DNA from: Epiperipatus broadwayi
Lineage: Eukaryota; Animalia; Onychophora
Reading direction: 5' to 3'
DNA length: 64,000 bases
NCBI GenBank assembly: GCA_028023455.1
Contig: JAQFVV010000005.1
Coordinates: 8,370,001 to 8,434,000, forward strand
In this document: piece by piece, positions 34,600 to 48,299 of the stretch
Layout of the letters: the number at the start of each line of letters is the position of its first letter
Position numbering within the stretch: position 1 is the first letter of the stretch
Made by a program: the position numbers and the translations under genes
The notes under the pieces: model-generated
Databases searched by the model: none
Seen by the model: the letters and a program-made list of their open reading frames with translations, nothing else
Told to the model about the DNA's origin: nothing

Positions 34600-37500
34600 T
34601 GTTTGACGCATTCACGTCAGTACCAACTTTACAACTACAGGGGAAAAAAAGAAAGTAACAAAATTCGAAAAAAAAACATTGAAATTATTGCCTGAAGCTA
34701 GAATTAGGGATATAGCAGATAAAGTTAAAAAGCAAGGTAGTAGAGATGGGTATATTAGAATCATCAGAGAGAATAATGGATGAGTATATAGATTTGATTA
34801 GGAATTTGATTATGATTAAAGGAAGAGTAGGAATAGTTGGATTATTACCAAGGTTTGACAAGAGTTATTTGTTAGATAGAGCATGTTCTATAAATGAGAG
34901 ATTGAAAAAATTGTGTGAGAGAAATAACATTATGTTTGTGGATGTGTGGGATTATTTTATTGGAAAGAGAGAGTTATATAGTAAAGATGGGTTGCATTTA
35001 GGAAAACAAGGAAGTGAAGTTTTAGGAAGTTTGATTTATAAAGAATTTTTTTCGGGAAACTTATAAAAGGGGGTGGGTTTTTAAATTGTAATATTATTAA
35101 AAAGAATGGATGGAATATAAGAAGTAAGCAAAAGGAATTTGATTTTGATATAAATATAGATATGGAGAAGGAATGGGTTTGTAAAATTAATGGTAAGAAA
35201 GTAATTTATAAATGTAATGGAGAAGAAAGAATTAAAAGAATTTATAAAAGAGTAGTTAGGAAAGAAGAAATTGTTAAAATTGGGTTTTTGAATATGCAAG
35301 GTGGTAAGAAACCAGAAAAGTGGATGGAATTAAATAAAACAATTGAAAATGAAGATCTTGAGATATTAGCAGTAGTGGAAACACATTTAAGAGAAGAAGA
35401 AGAACCTATTTTGGAACAGTTGGTATGGCAGGGTATAAATAGAAAAGAAAAAGGGGTGGTGGTATAGGTGTTATATCAAAAAAATATTTAAATATTGTTA
35501 AATGTCAAGAACATTTGTGGTTTGAAATAAGGTTGGGTAGACAAGAATGGATGGTGGCTATAGTTTATATAGCTACTGGAGATAGTCAAATTATATTAGA
35601 GAGGAATAGTAACATATACGAATGTCTAGTTAAGGATATACAAAGTTTTAAAGAAAAGGGGAAGAAAATAATGATTATAGGGGATATGAATAGACATATT
35701 GAAGAAATTGATGATGTAGATAATAAAAATGGACAGCTTTTGAAGAATTTTTGTCAGAAAGTGAATTTGAGTATTGGAAATTTATTAAATATTTATGAGG
35801 GACAATACACATGGTCCAGAAATAATATATTTTACACAATAGATTATGTATTGGTAGAGAAAGAGGGGGGAAATAAAATACGGAAAATTAAGGTGTTTGA
35901 TAATGAAGAAAAAGTATGCACTAGTGATCATAATTTCATTGTAATTGAAATGGTTAGTAATGTGATGGAGAATAGAAATAAAAGTAGAAATAATAGTGAA
36001 GGATGTGGATGGAGAGTGAATGATAAGAATAAGTTGGAAGAGTATAAAATACAAGTTGAAGAAATAATGGAAGAGTGGGTTGGGGATGAGTATAAGGACT
36101 AGTGTAAAGAAGTAGAAAAAGTGGCAAATAGGGTTTTAGGTGAGAATATTCAGAAGAATAAAAGTAATAAAAAATTAGAATTAGTAAAAGTGTAAAAGAA
36201 AGGAAAGAAGCATGTAGAGAATATAAGTGTGCTATTAAGAATAAGGAAAGTGAAAAAGTTATTAATGCTAAATGGGAAAAGTACTTAGAAAAGAAGAAGT
36301 TGGCTCAAATAGATATTTATAGAGAGAAAATGAAATTGAATATAGTAAATTGTTGGAGGATATTAATAAAAGTGGAAGAGATGGGAGTAAAAAATTTTGG
36401 AATTATATTAAAAGGAGAAATGTAGGGGGGAGAGAGTTAGTATTACTAGATGATGAGGGAACAGAGTGTAGCTCTAGAGAAGATTTAGAGAGAATCTTAA
36501 ATAGTTATGTAATGAATATAGAAAAGATGTTAGATGTGAATGATAGAGTGTTAGAAAATATGAAAGAATATAGTAATGGGAATATTAGGTTTTCAGAAAA
36601 TGAACTAAATGAGGTAGAGAAGAAATTGAAAAGTGGGAAGGCAAGAGGTTTAGATGGATGGGCAGCAGAGATGGTAATGAATTTAGGATATAGGGCAAAA
36701 GTAAAGTTATTATCCTGTTTTAATAAAATGGCACAGAATAGAGTTTTCCCAAGTAGTTGGAGTAATACAAGAGTAAGGTTATTATTTAAAGGAAAGGGTA
36801 AGGATCATAGAAAGTTGAATAATTATAGACCGATAGCGGTAACATCAGTTTTATATAAAGTTTTCTCATATATGGTGGCTAGTAAAGTTGTAAAATGGAT
36901 GGAAGGGAATAATTCAGTGGGGGAAATGCAAGGAGGTTTTAGATTAGATAGGTGTATAGGAGATAGTTTATTTGTAGTTACACAATTTATGGATATGAGT
37001 AGGAATGCAGGTAAACAGTTATATATGAGTTTTATAGATATAGAGAAGGCATATGATAGAGTAAATAGAAATAGATTATGGATAAGTTTAGCAAATTTGG
37101 GAATGGATGAAGCTTTAATAGATATTATTAAGAAATTATATGAAAATAATTATTATATATATATCAATTAGAGAATATAGAATCAATTAAAGTTAAAAAT
37201 GGTGGGATTAAGGCAAGGATGCCCTATGTCACCTATTTTGTTTGTGTTGTATTTGAGTGAAATTGAAAAGCAATAGAAAGATTAGGAAGAGGGATAGAGA
37301 TACCGTTAATAGGTAGTAAGAGAGTATATATTTTGTCAGGTCTTTTTTTTTGCAGATGATATATTTTTGTGTGCAGAAAAAAGAGAAGATATGGAAGTTA
37401 TGTTGAAGACATGTGCAAGGGTGGGTAAAGAGATGGGGATTAAATTTAGTGAAGAAAAATCAAATATAATGATGGTTAATACTGGGGAAAGAGAAGATGT

Positions 37501-38654
37501 AGAATTTTTATTGGGAGATATTAAGTTAAGTGTGGTGAATAGATATAGTTATTTGGGAATTATTTTAAGTAATCAGAAAAATTATTTGGATGAATGGGAG
37601 AAAAAAATTGATAAATGAAGCAAAGAAAAGAAAGGGATTGATAAAGAAATTAACAGTATTTTCATATAATAAATATGATGTAGCTAGAATTATATGGAAA
37701 GAATTTGCAGTAGCAGGGTTAACATATGGTAGTGATGCATTATATGTTAGTAAAAAGATATTAGATTACTTAGAAAAAGCTCAAAGGGAAGTAGGAAGAC
37801 ATGCATTGGATGCAGAAGTATGGACAGCAAGGGAGGCAATTCAAGGAGAAATGGGATGGTCAAGTTTTCATATGAGAGATGCAAAAGGTAAAATGAAAAT
37901 GTTTGGTAGATTGCAGTTTATGGATAATAAAAGAATAGCTAAAATAGTATTTAATTGGGTTATGAGTAAAGGACAGGTAACAAGATGGGTGAGAAAGGTA
38001 ATACAGTATGCAAAAGATTTGGATAAAGAATTTATATCAATATATTTGTACAAAAGATGGGATGATTGTGTTAAGAGGATTATTGAGGGTTATAGTAGTA
38101 AGGAATGGGATAAAAGAATAAATTTATTAATAAAGACTAGGGAGTTAGAGAGATGGAGAAATAGTATAATAAACAGAATATTAGGTGTGAGTTAATATAT
38201 GATAATAATAAGGAAAGTAGTTTATTGTTTAAGGCTCGAACGGGATCTTTAGCTACAAAAGAATATACATGTAAATGGAAAAATATGGGTGATTTATTTT
38301 GTAAATTATGTAAGGAAGGAATAGAAAATATTAGGCATTTGTTAATTGAATGTAAATGTTTGAAAACATAAAGGGTACATATAATGAAGTTGTGGAAAAA
38401 TAAATATGAAAAGAGTGATTATACAGAAAGTGAATTATTGGTTTTTATGCTGGGTTTGGGAAAAGATAAGGGGGATTTAGATATAAAGGTTATAGAGTTG
38501 ACAAAGATTATGTTGTGGAAATGGGATAGAGCAGATTATGGGTAAATTTAGAGTGGGGAATGCAAAATAAAGTGGCTAACAGGTTTATCTGGGCATAATT
38601 GCTGAAATATTCTTGACTTCGTTTAAGGAGAAGCCATAATACATCACATCACAT
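34600..38654 (+). mobile_element. Near full-length non-LTR retrotransposon with SGNH-esterase ORF1 and APE-RT-CCHC ORF2, disrupted (RTEX/CR1/L2-group; clade not resolved)
   Basis: APE motifs (GFLNMQG, VETHL, IGDMN, YTW..TIDY, SDHN) and RT motifs (NYRPIAVTSVLYKVF, QGGFR, FIDIEKAYDRV, GLRQGCPMSPILF, FADDI at 37349). C-terminal LFKARTG..CKLC..HLLIEC and a 3' (CATCA)n tail. ORF2 is split into at least 5 pieces. Confidence 0.9.
34746..35066 (+). pseudogene. LINE ORF1 remnant, SGNH hydrolase/esterase domain
   Basis: GLLPR...INERLKKLC....MFVDVWDYF....LYSKDGLHL..QGS; upstream LLPEARIRDI resembles the PGA block. Confidence 0.8.
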
Positions 38655-38800
38655 AATATTTACCAAAAAAGTATAATACTGTACTGTATTATTATTTTTT
38701 TATTCACTCTTAAATGTATTACAAACAAAAAAATGTTTAAAAAATAAATATTGTTTTTACATTTATTTTTTACTTAAATGTGCATTAACTACAGGTTACA

Positions 38801-38912
38801 CTGTCTTGCATTGGTGGTCGAGAGGTCAGCGCGACTGCCTTGCACTTGCAGGCAGTTGCCCGGGTTGCGGGTTCGCGTCCCGGCCGATGCTATGACACTT
38901 AAAAAAAAAAAA
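38801..38912 (+). mobile_element. Short tRNA-Gly-related SINE with poly(A) tail and 14-bp TSD
   Basis: GCATTGG...CCGATGC acceptor stem (38808-38890), GGTTCGCGTCC B-box-like motif and an A tail. AACTACAGGTTACA flanks the element at 38787-38800 and 38913-38926. Confidence 0.9.
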
Positions 38913-39059
38913 AACTACAGGTTACATTATTTAGGCATCTGGATTAAATGAAATTAATTTAAAAAAGAATTATCAGAATACGCTAAATACCAAATGTTCT
39001 AAATTTTAGATTTTTTTTCTTGATATGATTAAAAAGAAAAGTAGCACAATAATAATTAA

Positions 39060-40300
39060 ATTATTTTAATACAATACTGTATATTTTTTCATAATCACGA
39101 TAGGTTTACGAATAAAGTGACCTCTATAGGATAAAATAAAAATATTTTAATTATCTAATCACTTCGAAGAAAAAGTAAGTTTACGTAAAGTTCTTTTGTT
39201 TGCATTTATATACAGTATTCAATGTATTGACTCTTAGTTTCATTTATTTTTCACTGTATATATTTTTAAAATGTTAATTTCTTTTCTAAAACTCAGTCCG
39301 ATAATACTGATTCAAATAGAAACATTGCTGTAAAAAGGCTTCAAGTAAATCATTTAATTTCGATTTTAGATTTATAAAATGAATGATCATTTATTTTACA
39401 TCCATGTATTTTTATTTATTTTTTATCTCATGTGTCATAGCATCAGCCGGGAAGCGAACCCGCTAACCTGAGACACATGTATTTTTAAATTTCTGAAACA
39501 TCTAAGAAACAATTTAGATATGATTATTGTAAAATTGGTTCAAGTCTCGGATTTAAGAACTGGTTGCTTCCTTCTGAAAGTAATAAGTATTTCTGAGATA
39601 CGTAGCGCATCATTTCGTTTTTACCCAACTATTCGTTAAATTAATATACAGTACAGTATAACAATTCGTCAATTGCTAAAACAGAGAATCTTTAATAAAT
39701 AAAAACGCTTTCAACTTCTACGAAACCTTATCTAGGTAGTATATTTATTTACCCATCTATTCATAAAAGAATGCTTATAAAGGACATTTTTCATAGACAG
39801 AATGCCGCCTATGTTGTTAATAGCATCATTTTAGTAACAGTAATGTTGCCTGCTGTTATGTTTTAAGAATTATCATCTTCGATAATAACTAATTGCGACA
39901 TTGTCTTCTTATCAGAAATTAGATTACTATTGGCCTAATTCTCAGTAATTTGTGTGCAGAATTATTTTTTTTTATAATTCCATAAATATTTTAACTTTAA
40001 TATTTTTATTATTAAGTCATTTAAAGAGACTGACTGTAAATAGATGATACATTTCTGTAAATAAAAATATTCCGATTTGATAATATGTAGTATTATATAT
40101 TTGCTCGTTGTTCGAACTCAGTTTTATTTTTTTCTAATTTTATTCCAAAATCTTCATTTGTTCTATTATTTTATCGCACTTTTTAATTGAAGAAATAAAA
40201 AACATGTAGTCAGTGAATGAAATTTTTGTGGACAACATAACTTTATGCTTGAGCGTGATATGATCTCCAGTGTCTAATTAATTACGCCACGATGGATCTA
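39060..40300. promoter_or_regulatory. Second CpG-retaining region, candidate promoter
   Basis: About 27 CpG by eye in ~1.2 kb of AT-rich non-coding sequence (3 from the SINE fragment). Confidence 0.35.
39432..39470 (-). mobile_element. 5'-truncated second copy of the tRNA-Gly SINE
   Basis: Reverse complement GCGGGTTCGCTTCCCGGCTGATGCTATGACAC matches 38868-38898. Confidence 0.8.
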
Positions 40301-41593
40301 TAGTATTGGTCTAAGGGAAGCCAAATTTTAAAAATGCATATAAATATTAAACATAGATTTTTTTTATGCATAATAAAATAATTTGATAATTGTATAAACT
40401 AGATAATTTTGGAGGAAATTGGAGTTTTATAGAAAAATTGGGGTATATAGAATAAATTAAAAATTTATTCATTCTTATGAATTCTGTTATAATTATGTAT
40501 TATTGATCATTTATAAAGTAATAACATTTTTAAGAATTATAATCATTCTTAAGGAATTGTAGTTTTTTGCCATGTTCTAATTGGATGAAGCATTGTCTTT
40601 CATCATATAGCTTTAGGTTTCAATGCATTTCATATAAAAGATTTTTTACATTAAAAAACATGAGGCTTTGATCAATTTAAGTGCAAGCTAGAATTCTTTA
40701 TATTGGTTCTTTTTGCGTTGAAAAGAAAACTAGATTTATCAGAAAAAATTTACCCCCCCCCCATAGTGAAATATTATTGATTAGTTAGAGGGAAGTTACT
40801 TTGATTTATTGGTACTTATGTATTAATTGCCTAATGAAACTGTAGTCTTTATTATTTATGATAATTTATGACTGCTAAATATTTGATAGTAGTTTAATCA
40901 AGTAAGTAAATTTTCAAAGATTTAAAGAATAATTTTAACAAAATTGTAATTAATAACTCCACTTTCTGTATTAATGTCAATTTATTTACATGGCAAAAGA
41001 TTGCTATATTTAAAGCTTAAATAAGTCAGTGGTAACTAGAAGTTACTAAAGAATGTATATGATCTTCAACAACTTATTTTTGAAAGTTGAATTTACTTAA
41101 TTAAATAAAATGCACTATCAAATATTTAGCAATCATAGATAATCATCATGATTTTAATGAAGACTAAAATTCCACAGCTGGACTAATACGTAAGTACTAT
41201 TATATTAATACATCACTTGTACAACTTGGAAATGATGGCAGCATTGAAATAGATTAAATTTTTATGGTTCATCACAGAATAATAATTGCACAACAATGAG
41301 TTTTTGGCAACATCGAAAGAAATATATGGCATTTCTTTTTGAGATACATCAAAAAAAGTCAAAAATCTGCAAAGAAATTTTAGACAAAGCCATTTCTTTC
41401 CAATCAATATTTTTAATGAATGGTCCTCATATATGGCCTTTTTTTCTGAAACTGAAAATTTTGAACATTTTTCTCTTAATCATTTATGAAATTTTGTTGA
41501 AATGAAAATTAGAATACATACACTATTTATTAAAACTGATTTTAATTGGAAAAAACATTTAAATAAAGTAACAATTCAGTAAAGATTATCTTA

Positions 41594-41689
41594 AACAGGC
41601 AAAACTCTATATATATTGCCACACACAACAAGCTAGAGTAATCAATTATACACAAGCATAAGAGATGGTGGTCGTGATGTTTATTGGCT
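41594..41689. mobile_element. Family-1 mini insertion (96 bp) with 14-bp TSD
   Basis: ACAGGCAAAACTCT...GCCAC...CAAGCATAAGAGATGGTG. TAAAGATTATCTTA flanks it at 41580-41593 and 41690-41703. Confidence 0.8.
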
Positions 41690-43949
41690 TAAAGATTATC
41701 TTATGATTTATGAAACATCATAGAATTGACTTCAAAAATTATTAAATTATTTATATAATTTTTAACTCTATAAAATCCAATTTTTGCAAATTACCTACTT
41801 TTTTTTTTAAAACTCCAATTTACACTTCATCTTAAATTTTTTTCATTTGCTTTACAATAAGATAATACTACAAATATCTGACAATTTAATAGACTTACAT
41901 ATAGATCTCAATTTCAAATGACAGAAGTAAGAAAATCACTTAAAAATGACATTTTTTAGTACTAATAGTAGTAAATTAATTTGTGATACTGAAACTGTCT
42001 TATTTCAAGTACAAACTAATATTCAATGTTAGAGTGAGATTATTCAATCTGATATATCATAGCAGTCCTTAATAAATGATCACTTTCCCCAGCATTTGGG
42101 ATCCACCAATAACAAATAGATGTGCAAAGCATTTTCTATATTGAAAAGTAATATTCTGAGAATGGCAACAATATGAGAAGCAAGTTCAGTTTTCAACAAT
42201 AAATAAACACAAAATTTTTCATCAGTGTGTTTTCCAGATCTGATATGATCTTATAAGATTTGTTAATATTTTTTAAATGACTATAATGTATAAGAGCATC
42301 TAAATACATCTTTTCACAAGCTTTCTGATGGTTTGACAAAGTAGAAAGCAGTTAATTAATAATGATTAGAAATATTCAGCTTATAAACTTTGAGATTCAA
42401 CAGCAGAGAAAAAGCTCAAACTACCATATTCTCATTAGATATTTAGTTTTTTGTTCATTATCTCAAAAAAATAGATTCCATAATTGGATATATCCATACA
42501 AGAATTGATGTAGGACACAAGTTTTGATCAGAGAGTTGCAGAGCAGCAGTAGATATTTGAGAATGTTATAATACTTGATTCTATTTTACTTTCATCATGG
42601 TTGAAAGAATCCACAAATCTGATGTTTACTTTCTGCTTTCTGATCACTGTTCTAGGAAATATACAAAATTTGTTTTATTGTACAAAATTTATGTGAAAAT
42701 GCTTTTGTTGCATCTTCACAAGTTGATCACATGGTGTCTGACATATAAGCACAGTCATCAAATAATACACTGGAATGAAGATCCCTGTTAAATATAAGTC
42801 AAAAATATCTATCATATAATACTAAATCATCCATGCACTTTACTACTGTTACACAATGCTTTATTTTACTTTAAAAATATATACACAGATTTTTTTACAA
42901 ATTGAAAGAAAATTAATGCTTTTTGAAGCATTTGGCAACATATTTTTCAATCAAATTTAGGAAATTTGCAAAACATAGAATGTAATCCAAAAATATTAGT
43001 CAGTTCTTTTAGTTCATGTTTATAAATCACTATACTTGACATTTTTATTGATGTCATTGTCATAAATTTTCACAAAGGCAGTCTTTTTTGCCAATATCAT
43101 TTTTCATTAAAATACCAAATAAATTTTAAGTAAACTGTTCAGCATTATATTTTTCTATATATTAAAAAAAACAACTAATAAATATTTCTAGTAGTTCAGA
43201 TATATACCTAGCTCACATTAAAAACCAGCAGATCCACATTAGACATAGTTTAAGTAGAATTAAATGGAACCAAATATTTTTATTTCTTCATTTGGTCCAA
43301 TATACTAGATTCAATTACTTTGATGAATACATCACATTATTTTAAATGAGTACGATTAGTATCTCCTTCCTATTGTTGGATGAATATTTGAATGTTCTTT
43401 TAGAAGTGAATAAATTTAACCAGTAATTCTAACAGTCTCAAAATACCATCATTGTAGTAAAAAAATTTAATTTTAATTATTTACTTTCAAAGTGTGCACC
43501 AGTATTTTTGTCCAATCATGATACAAATTGAGAACCAACACATTTAGCTTTTATTAGCTACCAACAATGAATTTATCTTTTTCTATTGACATAATTGATT
43601 GTTTGTACACAGATCTAACGTGTCATACACTATTTGTATATAAATTTTTATCAGCAAATATCTCCCAAAGAAACAATTACATTATTATTTATCATTCATT
43701 TTTAAATATAGATATTTTATATTCTATATTTAATATTATTTTGTTTTTTTGTCTTTTCTCCACTCATTCTGTTGTCTTAATATCAAAAAAAAAAAAAAAC
43801 TAAGTATACTTTTCTATCTATTTTATATCTCCTCTCAATAAACTGTATCTTTGCAAAAATATGGCAGATCAATTTTTATATTCATCCACATCTTAATTTA
43901 TTTTCAATAACATTAAAAAAACAACAACAACCTCATATTATTGACATTT

Positions 43950-45450
43950 CTGATGCCCATCTATAGTTAGCCCTTAGATAGTTTTTATTTTCTAAAGAAA
44001 AATATTCTTATATTCTGCCAACTATCTATAATATTGTCATCTGCAATCATATTTTAAAAATTCATAAATGAACTTAAAATGCTTTACTGTAACTGTAATC
44101 TTGAAATCATTTCATCTACTAAATCATTGGTTTTTCACATATATAATTTTTCTAATGTATATAATAATCTTTCATCATTAATTATATACATATTTTTAAT
44201 TAGTTTCTTACCTATACTCATCTAATATTATTTTTGTTTTATATTTTTGAACTCTAATTTTAAGTGAATATTAAATATCTTTTCTTTATCTTTTTTATTT
44301 TATATTTTTTTATCTACTAATTTCATCAGATATCAATCTTTCCATTGCATTATATATGTCTTCTATTAATCTTTGTTTTAGTTTATCTCATTATTTAACT
44401 CTACTGCTGCTTTTAAAGTAAATTTTCCGTTTTTATTTTAAAGATTAAAACTGTGGGATTTATGCTTATGGAAACACAACATTTCCTCACTGTAATTTTA
44501 TCATTGTTTTACGCTTAGCATATCATTCCTTGTCTTACCAATACAGATTAACCACAATCTTTTATCTTCTAGATAATAATAGCTAAAAGCCTAGTTACTG
44601 ACCAATAAATACTGGTTAATGAAATTGGTTGCATGAAAGAAAATCCTGAAAAAAAAATCCATATTTCACCCAGATTAATTTTTCTGGCTATGTGTTGCAA
44701 AGTCTTTTTTTGTTATTAATTTTTTATTTTTTAATATCCTGTATATATATATTTTGGCCTCCCTTTTTTATAATTAACTTATATTTCTTCACACTCTAAT
44801 TATTATTTTTTTTTTCCCAACAACATTTATCAAGCTACTTTCTACTTTTATTATTACAAATTTTCATAATTCAAATATATTACTAATTTTCATTCGTTTG
44901 TCTAATCTTGCACAATATATTTTTTTATAATTTATTATATTCCATCTACGATTTTTAATTTTGATAAAAATTTTGTATCTGTTTTCTTTTGTCCTCATTA
45001 AAAATAATCAAATGATATCATGTGACAGTTGAGCTTCTAAAGTGACAAATTGAAATTCAATCTAGTAATCTTTAGTTATCAAGCCCATCAAACTAGCACT
45101 AAGTTAAACTGCAGAAGCATCCCCTCCTTTCTTCATTAATATAGTTGTGATCACCTGGATCTGTTTTTTTTTTTCTTTTCATCAAAAATTTTGTTTGTTT
45201 ACTACTTTTTAATATATTTATTAATTTTTGATAATATAAACCCATCATTATATTTGCTTTAACATTGATTTCTTTTAAAGGCACATTAAAATCTTCTATT
45301 ATTACTACATTTTTAATTTATTGCCTGAATTTATTAATATCTTTTAACATATATTTATTTTCACTCTAAATAATGTTTTTTGCCCAATTTTTTTATGCCC
45401 ATATTTTACAATACAACCACTGAAATTTATTTATTTTTACATCAAAGAGA
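43950..45450 (-). mobile_element. Decayed LINE RT remnant
   Basis: Minus-strand QPISLTSI (~44610-44634) and ADDN (~44031-44045), in the expected order. Confidence 0.35.
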
Positions 45451-45667
45451 GCGAGTGCACACTTGTTCATTACATTTACACTATTAAAATTTTATGTTGT
45501 AATGGTACCAAATCTTCCTATATTGTCAGTATCTATTTTTTTAAAAATTTCTTATAGAAAATTATTGAAAATTAGTTCTCCATTCTGTAGATACTTTTCT
45601 ATTAAAGCTAAAGTTCTTTCAATTTTAGTAGGAATTAAACTATATCTATCATCGAATATGTTTTTTA

Positions 45668-45828
45668 AAAAAAATCAAACTTAATTTAAATTTTCCAACT
45701 ACATTCAACTGTTAAAAATAGGTTACAGTTTAGAAAAAAATCAAACTTTATTTAAACTTTCCAACTGCATTCACGTATTAGTAATAATAGCACATGGGTT
45801 AACGTGGGAAGTTTGAATAATTTTTTTT
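45668..45828. repeat. Small direct duplication (40 bp x2, offset 66) plus partial inverted copy
   Basis: AAAAAAATCAAACTT.ATTTAAA.TTTCCAACT.CATTCA at 45668 and 45734; inverted remnant at ~45804-45828. Confidence 0.6.
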
Positions 45829-46723
45829 TCTTCTAAAAAGATTCAGTATTTAATATTAGAAGATGGAAGTAGTCTAATATATAATTACTATTAAAATGCC
45901 ACTATCAAAAACCTTTATACTAACATTTTTTTTCATTTTCTTTTCTATTAAAAATCGAGTCCTAACATTTTTCATTTTTGTGTGTGTTTTTTTTTTTAAA
46001 TACTTCATTAGCTTTCCTATATTTTATATTTTTACCTATATTTTTACTTCCATTTAATTTTCTATTTTTTTTATTTACAATTTTTATTTTCTCATTCTTT
46101 CATTTTTCACCTTTAGTAGTTTTTATTATTATTATTAAAGAATGTAATATAAAACACACAGAGTTAAAATACAGTCCACATCTTCTAAATATTCTCTTTT
46201 TTTAAAAAAATAATTAAAAAAATATGACATTTTATCACAAATCATCACAATTGATTTATTGAATACATTCTAATCAAATATTTCCCTTAATGTCACATTT
46301 ATTTATCACTGTAGTTTCATTATTACTTAGACTATGCAATATTTTTTATTCTTCAAAGACTTATATATTCAGTCCTATTCAGCAGACTACTTCCTTTCTT
46401 AAAAAGCCCTGCTATTATTTTTTCATTTGTCTTATTTTTTAATAACTTCAGCTTTTCATTGTCATTTTTTCTTCAATAGATTTACATCTTGTATTTTACA
46501 CTGACTTCCTTTTTGTTTTTTAAATAAATATCCATCCTTTCTACAAAATTTTCATCAAGCATATTATTTATTTATAATTTTTGCTATGTGCATTTATTCC
46601 AATAAAACTAAGGTAACAATATTTTTAATAATACATTGTCATATTATAAACAAATTAAAATTAGAATAGAGCAGACAGAAATAATTATTTTAAAATTTTA
46701 TTAAGCAGACAGGAAGTATATGT

Positions 46724-46928
46724 AAATACTTTTTAAGACAGGCTTTAACATGAATCATATGTGCCTTGAAATTTATAATAGTTAAACAATATCTTTAATT
46801 GCCAATAGAGAGACCTTTCAAACCACGACACAAGATAGCGACTTTTATAAAGATAAGAGATATTCTTTGACTATTATAAATTTCAAGGCGCATATGATTC
46901 AGGTTAAAGCCTGTCTTAAAAAGTATTT
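46724..46928. repeat. 71-bp inverted repeat (4 mismatches) with 63-bp spacer
   Basis: 46724-46794 versus the reverse complement of 46858-46928. Confidence 0.88.
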
Positions 46929-48299
46929 ATAATTTTAACTAATTTTTTTTTTTTTTGTATGTTAATAGTAGTAAAATATAGTCCCAGTCTAACCTAAATC
47001 AGATATACAATTTAATTACTCACAGAAAATATGATTGATAGAAGAATATTAAGTATGTACATAATGATTATACAGCTTCTTAATCAAAACTTATCTGAAC
47101 AAGAAAAATCTTAACCTCTGATTGAATTGTAATATGAGGCTGAAATGTTTAATGTATTTTGCACTTTTATTTTACTGATCTGAGATAAATTGAAAGATAT
47201 ATTTTGCAGAAAGTGGCATGAATAAGATCATCACTGTTCTTAATCAGTTCTTTATTATTTACTAGTTAAAAAGATAGATGGCCATTCTATTTTTTCCAAA
47301 GACTTTATCATGTGTTTGAAGTGTTAGTATTCATTCATTTTATAGTTAAAATCCAAAGCGCATGTGCAACAGTTTAATGCTGTTTAAATATTACAGTTTA
47401 TAAACATCGCGCTATATAAAAGAATTGATTTATTTAAATTAATTGGATTTGATATTTGGTAAGAGCAACATGATCATCTTTTAAAAATGTTAAGTGATTG
47501 GTAGATAGCATGACAGAGATGTCATTGTATTTTCAATTAAGATTAGAAATTATAATCTAATATTGTTACTGGTATAAAATGTATGAAAGTGTTATTTTTG
47601 TATAGACATATAAAAGAGCAATTAACTATGATCAGAACACTTTTGAATATATAAAAATTTAAAAATTTCTTTTAAAACAGAAAAGAGAATTATCGACCTT
47701 TACTTATGCTAAGCCTTCTGTCTAAAGGTAGTTGTAGAATCTAGGCAGTGTGATGTCAAGGCATTATAATTGATCATCATTAGTTTTGCATTGCTTGTTT
47801 ATTTCTTAAGATATCATTTAACATCTACTTAGTTATGATATTTAACAAATCTACTTAGATTATTAAAATGCCAAATTTAATTAAAGCTATTAAAATATTT
47901 AACCAAAATAGTTTGAGCAATGCTGTTAATAGAAAGAACTAAAAATAAAATTATAAAAATATTAATAACAAAGAAACAATATGCACATGATCACAAAATT
48001 GCTAAATTAATTATTATGGTAAAGATTATAATTATAAATTTTATTAAACGCACATTATTATATTAAGTAATATTTACTAAGGCTAAGCGTCTGAAAAATT
48101 TGAAGGTAGGGACCTCTACAGGTCTTAGCCACAAGCTTACGCAAAAAAACACTGAATTTGGAGTGTCAGTAAATATTTTTTAATAACTTCTGAGTTCAAA
48201 TTACTGAAATGTTTTTCAAAGTATAATTTTATAAATATATAAATCACCCAAATTCAAATTTATGATTTTATAGAAATAATTATATAATATTATGTCACT

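Noticed and set aside
42150-43100. Possible decayed LINE RT on the minus strand
   Set aside because: Only weak QGS/DD-like words; not enough to call.
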